Source: Fonticula alba ATCC 38817
Taxonomy: Eukaryota; Protista; Nucleariida
NCBI GenBank assembly: GCA_000388065.2
Contig: KB932203.1
DNA: 5,911 nt
Reading direction: 5' to 3' (one strand)
Both the position numbers and the translations under genes were made by a program. A model generated the notes under the pieces. The model was given only the letters and a program-made list of their open reading frames with translations. It made no database searches and was not told the origin of the DNA. Shown here piece by piece: positions 1 to 5,911 of this stretch. Each line of letters begins with the position of its first letter. Within the stretch, counting starts at the first letter, position 1.

Positions 1-74
1 CCCGGCCGACCTCGCCCCCTACTCTCGCCCCCTCGCTCCTTGCTCCTCACAGCCGCTAACCCTTCCATCCCCAG
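1..74 (+). other. 3' end of a spliceosomal intron
   Basis: Pyrimidine-rich, with GCTAAC branch point and CAG acceptor. Confidence 0.8.
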
Positions 75-616
75 CTCTGCTCCTGCGCCCTGACGTCGAG
101 CGTCACCCTCTCGGTGGCGGTGAAGGTCTTCAATTTGGAGCACGCCGATGCGCTCAAAATCAATATGCTGGCCACGCTGGAGCAGCAGCTCGGCACGGCA
201 CAGGTCTTGCGCGCCGTGGCCTTTCGCTCGGCGCATGCCGTGTTTGAGGCCCTCAACGGCGCCTGCCTGGAGGCGCAGGCCGCCCGCGGGCACGCCGGCG
301 TCGACTTGGACACCCTTCCCCAGTTCGCCTTCGCCAATGAGGACCCCATCAGCCGGCCGGAGTCCGTGGCGCGGCCCCTTGCCCGGATCCTGTACTACCT
401 GGATGTGCTGTTTAACTTCCACCTCCAAGGCTACCGATACTCCATGAACAACACCCTGAACGATGACTTCGCCCTGGACCCGGAGCGCAACTGCGAATTC
501 CTCGCGGTCGACTGGTTCCTCAAGCGCGTTCGGCGCATGATCCGCCACTGTGTGGCGTTCCTCCTCCGCCTGGCCTCCTTCGCCGAGATCGAGCGTGTTC
601 TTCTGCTGCTGGTCGG
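75..616 (+). CDS. EPG5: Exon A of EPG5-like gene (LCSCALTSSV...ERVLLLLVG)
   Basis: Branch point GCTAAC 55-60 and acceptor CCAG ending at 74. Open frame shared with ORF 114..746; an in-frame TAA at 57-59 shows the upstream sequence is intronic. Donor GTGCGT at 617, phase 2. Confidence 0.88.
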
Positions 617-641
617 GTGCGTCCATGTGCATGTGTGTGTG

Positions 642-680
<39 letters not shown>

Positions 681-705
681 ATGTGTGTGTGTGTGTGTGT
701 GTGCA

Positions 706-737
<32 letters not shown>

Positions 738-2376
738 CGCCCATGACTGCGTNNNNNNNNNNNNNNNNNNNNNNNNNNNNNNNNNNNNNNNNNNNNNNNN
801 NNNNNNNNNNNNNNNNNNNNNNNNNNNNNNNNNNNNNNNNNNNNNNNNNNNNNNNNNNNNNNNNNNNNNNNNNNNNNNNNNNNNNNNNNNNNNNNNNNNN
901 NNNNNNNNNNNNNNNNNNNNNNNNNNNNNNNNNNNNNNNNNNNNNNNNNNNNNNNNNNNNNNNNNNNNNNNNNNNNNNNNNNNNNNNNNNNNNNNNNNNN
1001 NNNNNNNNNNNNNNNNNNNNNNNNNNNNNNNNNNNNNNNNNNNNNNNNNNNNNNNNNNNNNNNNNNNNNNNNNNNNNNNNNNNNNNNNNNNNNNNNNNNN
1101 NNNNNNNNNNNNNNNNNNNNNNNNNNNNNNNNNNNNNNNNNNNNNNNNNNNNNNNNNNNNNNNNNNNNNNNNNNNNNNNNNNNNNNNNNNNNNNNNNNNN
1201 NNNNNNNNNNNNNNNNNNNNNNNNNNNNNNNNNNNNNNNNNNNNNNNNNNNNNNNNNNNNNNNNNNNNNNNNNNNNNNNNNNNNNNNNNNNNNNNNNNNN
1301 NNNNNNNNNNNNNNNNNNNNNNNNNNNNNNNNNNNNNNNNNNNNNNNNNNNNNNNNNNNNNNNNNNNNNNNNNNNNNNNNNNNNNNNNNNNNNNNNNNNN
1401 NNNNNNNNNNNNNNNNNNNNNNNNNNNNNNNNNNNNNNNNNNNNNNNNNNNNNNNNNNNNNNNNNNNNNNNNNNNNNNNNNNNNNNNNNNNNNCTGTTTC
1501 GCCGGACACCTCCCTTGGCGGCCTCCGGCCGAGGCCCATGGCTAATCCTCTCCTGCCACCCCCCCCCCCCCCAGCAATGGACCCCCCGTGCCACGCAGTT
1601 CCTCGTGGCCGCCATCCGGATCATCTTCGACCCGGCGGCCCACTCGCGCGATGCCTTCCACGACCAGCGGACGATGGTTGTCAGTGACTGGAAGGAGACC
1701 TTCAAATTCCCGGAGAAGGACCTCCAGCTGGGGGCCGTGTATGCGGGAAGCCGGCCCTCGGCCTCGCTGTCGGCCCCACCCGAGGAGGGCCTCCAGCTGG
1801 CGCCTTTCCTGACGCAGGACCCGGATGACCTGGTGACCCCCGGGTCCCGGGCTCCCAGGTCTCCGGTGGACCTGAGCCTGGGCGGCGGGGATATCCCCCC
1901 GAACGGGGCCGACCAAGCGCCCGGAGTTGCTGGGACCGGTTGGTACAACATCGGCCTGCCGATGGCCGCCATGCCGGCGTCGCTGCCCGACGCGCTGGAC
2001 CGGCTCAAGCATGTGGTCGGCCGCGGCCTCGGGATGGACCCTCCCTCCACCGAGACGGACGCCTCCTCCTGGGTGGTCTTCTCGGAGGATGACTACTTCC
2101 CGGAGGATGGGGCCCTCTTCGATGACAGTCAGGCCAAGGCCGATGGGCCGGCCGGCGGGGCCCCGGGCGCGGCCCCGGGCTCACCCGACACCAGCCCCAT
2201 GGTGGACCTGGTGGTCCATTCGCGGGTGACCCTGTCCGGGCTGTCGGCCACCGTGAACCTCGCGGCGCCGGGGCTCCAGGCGGCCGACTCGCCGGCCGGG
2301 CGCGCCGGCACCGGCGTCGGCGGCCCCAGCGACCTCGGCGTCGGCGGCGCCAGCAGCAACAGCAGCAACACCGGCA

Positions 2377-2407
<31 letters not shown>

Positions 2408-5396
2408 CAGCACCACCACCACCACCTCTGGGGGCACTGGCGCCAGCACGCGCGTCCAATTGTTTCCCGTGCTCCAGGAGCAGGATTACATTGCTCTCCT
2501 GGATCGGCTGCCGCTGCGCCAGTTTGCCGGGTATGTGGCCCGGCAGTCGGTCGGTCGGCTGGAGGCTGGTGCCCCGGCCGACAGGGTCTTCACCGACTTC
2601 AGCCAGCTCCTGCGCCTCGGGTACGAGCTGTACCGGGCGGTGTGCCTCTTTTCGCCGCCGCCCGACCTGCCGGACTTGGCGCACCTGGATGCCGGTGGGG
2701 CTCGGCTGCGCCGGCTCCTGGGGGTGGAATTTCTGCGCGGCCGGCACATGGCCCGGGAGTTCGACTCGGCCGGCCAGGTCCAGTACATGCTGCCCTCGCG
2801 GCGCCTCGTGCTGGCCCTCCTTCGGCATATGCTGCTGCTGCCGAAGTTCTTCCTGGACGAGTTGCGCCAGCTGCCGGGCTTCCAGCGCCACCTGCCCGGG
2901 GTCGGGTCCTTCGATCTGCTGGACCAGGCCCTGCAGCGCCTGTCGGTCGAGGTGGAGGACTACCAGTTGCAGGTGTTCTTCGCGCTGAGCCGCATGCCCG
3001 GCCTGCCCCTGGCGGCGGTCGACTTGTCGGAGCTCTTCGGCCTGGCCATCCGGCTGGCCTTCACCCCGGAGGGGGGCATCTCCCCGCACCTGATGTCCAC
3101 CCTGTGTGTCTACCCTTCCGGGGAGAGCACCATCCTGGCCAAGTCCATTGTCTATTCGCTATTCACGGCCATCTTCTGTGCGTCGGCATGCACCCTTGTG
3201 CTTCCCCCTCTTCCGCTGCTTCCTCGGCTCTCCCCCGTTGGCCCGGCCCCCATTGGGCTTGCTGTTGGGTTGGGTGCTTGAGTCCTGGTCTCCCCCCCCC
3301 CCCCCTCTCTCTCTCTCTCTCTCGCTCGCTCGCTCATTCGTTCGTTCGTTCGCACGCGTGCACCTCCATCCCCCGATGACCCTCGTCGGGATTCCCCCCC
3401 CCCCCTCGTCTGGGGCCGCCTCCACAGCGCTCCTTGATTGTCCGATCAACGAAATGACCACCATGGTCTTCAACTGCATTCAAGCCGGTGGCCCGGTGGC
3501 GGATTTCGACGAGGCCCTGGCCAACACGGTGCACGCCTTCTTCCAGCGGTTCCTGACTACCGGCCGCGACGCGGCGATTCTCAGCCGCATGGAGCTCCTG
3601 TCGTCGCTGGTCTGCTCGCCGGCTTTCTCCTTCTTGCTGACTGGGTCGACCACCGGGTGCGCCCGGGCTCTTGCTGCTCTCCGGCGCCGCGCCACCGCCA
3701 CCTTCTCGCCCTCTCCTCGCTCATGGGAAGCTACCTCCCTCCCCGCTTGTGGCTCTGACCTCCTCCCCCACCTCCCCGTGTGACATCGTCTCTCCCCCGT
3801 GCATGGCACAGCCTCCCGCTACAGCCAGTTCCCCAGGCCAACGTTGTTCAGAGCGCCATCCTGCTCCTCCTGCGGCTGACGACGCGCACCTTCTTCTCCC
3901 TGAGCTTCAGCAACTCCGGCTTCGACAGTGTGCGTCGGGAGGTGGGGGCCCCTCTTTGGAAGTGACTTCTGCCACGCGCCTTGCTTCCTCTCCCGCGACT
4001 CTCGTGCTGCATTAGCATCACAACTGACCACCCGCTTCCCGACCTCGTGCGCCCGGCCGTCGGGTTCGGCTTCGCGCGACCGCGCAGGCTGCCCGCAAGC
4101 TGCTGGAAATCCTGGCCACCGAGCACTCGGGCATCTGCGTGCCGCTGATCTGCCAGCTGGCTGGGTCCCTGCTGACCGAGCGCCCTCCAGGCCCGGAGGT
4201 CACCCTGGAGGTGACTTCCTTCGTGGGGGGCCTGCCCTTCCGGAATCTGTCCCTCATCCCGCCGATCTCCGCGCCGCTGGCCCGGCCGCTGGCCATTGGC
4301 CTGTATGGCTCGCTGCCGGAGGTCCTGGCCGCCTGGTCGGAGGCCGGGTGGTCGGAGGGCACGGCCGGCCTGGCTCTGGCCATCCTCAAGGAGCTGAACT
4401 ACGACAATCCGATCCAGGTGCCGCTGGAGTTCCAGCGCTTCTTCGCCCTCATCCTGGCCGAGCTGTATGTGGTGACGCTATATGGGGAGGCCATCCGGCA
4501 GCGTGTCCTCCGTCGCCACCCGGCGGCGGCGGCGGCCGAGGCGGCCCTGGCCCCGAAGGATGCCCTGGCTGCCCGGCTGGGCGCCCTGCTGGAGCAGGCG
4601 CCGGCCGTGCGCGGGCTGACGTCCCCCTTCCTGCGGAATGTCACCCGAGTCATGGGGCAGCTGCATCTGTTTTCGGACGCGCGCGTGGTCCTGCCGGGCT
4701 ACACGCACCAGCTGACGGGCCAACTGCTGCGCATCCATGCCCCGCCCCTGCTCCAGTGCCTGGCCCAGGAGTTTGCCCGGCGCCGGGGCGAGGCCCCTCT
4801 CGAGCCGGGCGCCGCCCCGCCGGCCAGCGTCAGTCAGAGGACCCCCTTCGCCCAGCTGAGCCCCGAGAGTCTGAATCTGACGGAGTGCTTCCACTTCCAG
4901 CCGCCGGTCGGCTGGCCGCCGGCCATGGTGGCCGAGCACGTCCTCCTGTCGCCGAAGGTGCCCCGGCTGCCGGCCGTCAACCCGCGAGCCGTGAAGGACA
5001 GCAACGCGCCGAGCTTCGTGCGGGCGCTCTTCACCCAGGCGGCCACGGTGGCCACGCTGCCGGTTCTGGGCTTTGTCCTGGCGATGACGACCAACATCGG
5101 GGACATTGTGCCGGTTGATCCGTACCGGCAGCCGGTGTTCCGGGGGCCGCCGGTGACCGCGGCCCCCGACCGACGGACCTTCTCCCCCGCCATGCCGGTC
5201 ACCGGTCTGCTTGAGTTGCCGTTCTTCCGCGCGCTGGAGGTACGTCCCGACGGGCGTCGGTGCCCCCTCTGTCGCCCCCTTTCCCCGGCCATGGCGCGTG
5301 CTCGGTCCTAACGGGTCTCTCCTCCCCCTCTTTCCTTGCCCCCCCCCCCCCCCCCCCCCACCCCCCTTGGCCAGCTTACCTTCCTCTGCACCGCCG
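75..5396 (+). CDS. EPG5: Spliced, 5'- and 3'-partial EPG5-like gene (about 1240 aa visible); exon order A(75-616), B(5701-5758, displaced), C(1575-3177), D(3428-3656), E(3812-3929), F(4088-5239), G(5375-5396...)
   Basis: Seen in sequence: cumulative exon lengths 542/600/2203/2432/2550/3702 give phases 2/0/1/2/0/0, each matching the next acceptor, with no in-frame stop. Human EPG5 recalled from memory (not searched) gives collinear matches: LDVLFNF~ISVLFSF; VPRLHTWA~CPAGVSKWA; IIFDPAAHSRDAF~LLMSPVKNRAEF; LQEQDYIALLDRLP~LNEDDLVTILAQFP; GFDSAARKLLEILATEHSGI~TFSKVGRELLGTITAVHPEI; FVGGLPF~LFKELPL; LALAILKELNY~LACVILEGLNW; FALILAELY~VALMVLEAY. Confidence 0.82.
625..740. repeat. (GT)n microsatellite with GCAT interruptions at the 5' end of the intron after exon A
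   Basis: 116 nt of uninterrupted purine-pyrimidine alternation, starting 8 nt after the donor begins at 617. Confidence 0.95.
753..1493. other. Assembly gap, 741 N
   Basis: Run of N. Confidence 1.
1494..1592 (+). repeat. Direct repeat, copy 1 (99 nt)
   Basis: Identical to 5812-5911 except C14 versus C15; begins exactly at the gap edge. Confidence 0.95.
1575..3177 (+). CDS. EPG5: Exon C of EPG5-like gene (QWTPRATQFL...SIVYSLFTAIF), including a long low-complexity insertion
   Basis: Branch point GCTAAT 1541-1546, C14-AG acceptor ending at 1574, frame of ORF 1515..3281, donor GTGCGT at 3178 (phase 1). Confidence 0.88.
2352..2426 (+). repeat. Coding trinucleotide tract (AGC/AAC/ACC) encoding SSNSSNTGSSSSSSSSNNNSTTTTT
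   Basis: (AGC)8, (AAC)3 and (ACC)5 runs in the frame of exon C. Confidence 0.92.
3178..3427 (+). other. GT-AG intron, 250 nt
   Basis: GTGCGT...CACAG; contains poly-C and a compound microsatellite. Confidence 0.8.
3292..3352. repeat. Compound intronic microsatellite C14-(CT)9-(CGCT)3-CA-(TTCG)4
   Basis: Read directly from the sequence; the last C of the run is shared with the first CT. Confidence 0.92.
3428..3656 (+). CDS. EPG5: Exon D ((S)LLDCPINEM...FLLTGSTTG)
   Basis: Acceptor CCACAG ending at 3427 fits phase 1 in the frame of ORF 3106..3783. Donor GTGCGC at 3657, phase 2; it differs by one base from the GTGCGT donors. Confidence 0.72.
3657..3811 (+). other. GT-AG intron, 155 nt
   Basis: GTGCGC...GCACAG; pyrimidine-rich; phase-compatible. 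Confidence 0.7.
3812..3929 (+). CDS. EPG5: Exon E (LPLQPVPQANVVQSAILLLLRLTTRTFFSLSFSNSGFDS)
   Basis: GCACAG ending at 3811 is the first AG after TGAC (3781-3784) and the only nearby AG compatible with phase 2. Donor GTGCGT at 3930, phase 0. The joined GFDS|AARKLL aligns without gaps to recalled human TFSKVGRELL. Confidence 0.72.
3930..4087 (+). other. GT-AG intron, 158 nt
   Basis: GTGCGT...ACTGAC...GCAG; phase 0. Confidence 0.8.
4088..5239 (+). CDS. EPG5: Exon F (AARKLLEILATEH...LLELPFFRALE)
   Basis: Branch point ACTGAC 4023-4028; the first downstream AG ends at 4087. In frame with ORF 4139..5311. Donor GTACGT at 5240, phase 0. Confidence 0.88.
5240..5374 (+). other. GT-AG intron, 135 nt
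   Basis: GTACGT...CCTAAC...poly-C...CCAG. Confidence 0.8.
5375..5396 (+). CDS. EPG5: Start of exon G (LTFLCTA...), truncated by an assembly gap
   Basis: Branch point CCTAAC 5307-5312, C21-A-C6 tract, CCAG ending at 5374. Phase 0 matches the donor at 5240. Confidence 0.7.
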
Positions 5397-5406
5397 NNNN
5401 NNNNNN
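5397..5406. other. Assembly gap, 10 N (probably a placeholder size)
   Basis: Run of N; it joins coding sequence of exon G directly to an intronic GT tract. Confidence 1.
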
Positions 5407-5476
<70 letters not shown>

Positions 5477-5481
5477 CATAT
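5407..5481. repeat. (GT)n microsatellite with GCAT/GTAT interruptions
   Basis: Same repeat and same GCAT interruption style as 625-740. Confidence 0.95.
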
Positions 5482-5510
5482 CATGCGTGTCCCTTCCATC
5501 AATGCATGTG

Positions 5511-5611
5511 GTCCTCTCTCTCTCTCCCCCTCTCTCTCCCTCTCCCTCTCCCTCTCTCCCCTCTTCTCTCTCCCCTCTTCTCTCTCCCCTCTTCTCTCTC
5601 CCCATCCCCCC
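5511..5611. repeat. CT/C-rich polypyrimidine tract
   Basis: About 100 nt of almost only C and T, with imperfect CTCTCCC units. Confidence 0.9.
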
Positions 5612-5700
5612 GCTGCAGGCGCTCCCCTGTGCACGCGCACGCTATCTTACTCCCCTCTCTTGGGCCACTGACTTGCCTGCCATCCCACCCCCCCCCCCAG

Positions 5701-5758
5701 TGTTCCCCGGCTGCACACTTGGGCCGCCGATCAGCTCCTTCAATTCCCCACCACCGAG
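5701..5758 (+). CDS. EPG5: Exon B of EPG5-like gene, 58 nt, out of order ((G)VPRLHTWAADQLLQFPTTE)
   Basis: Branch point ACTGAC 5667-5672, poly-C then AG at 5699-5700, donor GTACGT at 5759. It accepts phase 2 and leaves phase 0, exactly bridging exon A to exon C. It is not in the ORF track. Confidence 0.85.
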
Positions 5759-5893
5759 GTACGTGGTGCTTCCCCCCCCCCCCACCCCCCCGAACCTCGC
5801 TCGTTCAGCCTCTGTTTCGCCGGACACCTCCCTTGGCGGCCTCCGGCCGAGGCCCATGGCTAATCCTCTCCTGCCACCCCCCCCCCCCCCCAG
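5759..5893 (+). other. GT-AG intron between exons B and C, 135 nt; its 3' part also appears at 1494-1574
   Basis: GTACGT...GCTAAT...C15-AG, followed by the first 18 nt of exon C (CAATGGACCCCCCGTGCC). Confidence 0.82.
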
Positions 5894-5911
5894 CAATGGA
5901 CCCCCCGTGCC
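5812..5911 (+). repeat. Direct repeat, copy 2 (100 nt), running to the window end
   Basis: Identical to 1494-1592 except for one extra C in the homopolymer. Confidence 0.95.

Noticed and set aside
612-617. Alternative phase-0 donor GTCGGG at 612 that would join exon A directly to exon C
   Set aside because: It is a poor match to the GTRCGT donors used elsewhere and would drop the conserved P-x-x-x-x-WA segment encoded by exon B.
1520-1536. GGCCTC-cggcc-GAGGCC hairpin just before the branch point
   Set aside because: A 6-bp stem is expected by chance in sequence this GC-rich, and there is no U-tract to suggest a terminator.
431-2050. Long ORFs crossing the N gaps or GT tracts (431..2050, 520..1539, 550..1545, 617..1687, 5308..5640, 5336..5671) with HT/CV repeats
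   Set aside because: They stay open only because N codons and dinucleotide repeats contain no stops. The poly-CV/HT peptides are translated microsatellite, not metal-binding proteins.
2181-3089. 302-aa minus-strand ORF, plus the other antisense and alternate-frame ORFs (e.g. 4478..5605 -, 3928..5118 +, 2642..3379 +)
   Set aside because: Shadow ORFs of a very GC-rich coding sequence with few stops; they are Arg/Gly/Pro-rich, have no recognisable motifs, and all splice signals support the single + strand frame.
114-5311. An operon or viral-like cluster of separate ORFs (114..746, 1515..3281, 3106..3783, 4139..5311)
   Set aside because: Each is flanked by splice signals with matching phases and they join into one protein; there are no Shine-Dalgarno sites or viral hallmark genes.
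1494-5911. The two direct repeats as LTRs or transposon ends, or as a CRISPR-like array
   Set aside because: The repeat is an intron/exon junction of the host gene. There are no TG...CA ends, target-site duplication, transposase, reverse transcriptase or spacer structure.
5407-5911. Genuine exon scrambling or trans-splicing as the primary explanation
   Set aside because: Kept only as a minor alternative. The fragment is bounded by a 10-N gap and an exact overlap with the big gap's edge, which is what a mis-ordered contig looks like.

Overview
This is not prokaryotic or viral sequence. It is a high-GC, intron-containing eukaryotic locus holding the internal part of one large + strand gene. 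By recalled similarity to human EPG5, I identify it as an EPG5-like (ectopic P granules protein 5) autophagosome-lysosome tethering factor. Seven exons can be read from GT-AG signals and branch points, and their phases fit exactly: A 75-616, B 5701-5758, C 1575-3177, D 3428-3656, E 3812-3929, F 4088-5239, G 5375-5396 (cut by a gap). Exons A-F total 3702 nt, or 1234 codons with no stop. Neither the start nor the stop codon is in the window. The main oddity is that exon B lies out of order at the end of the window, in a fragment (5407-5911) whose last 100 nt duplicate 1494-1592. The fragment most likely belongs in the 741-N gap (a scaffold mis-ordering), although a real tandem duplication cannot be excluded. 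The introns carry GT and CT microsatellites and poly-C tracts. The style suggests a protist with CTRAY branch points, possibly Fonticula-like, but that is only a guess. I see no evidence of a novel biological system; the most useful results are the gene identity, the displaced exon and the candidate LIR motifs.
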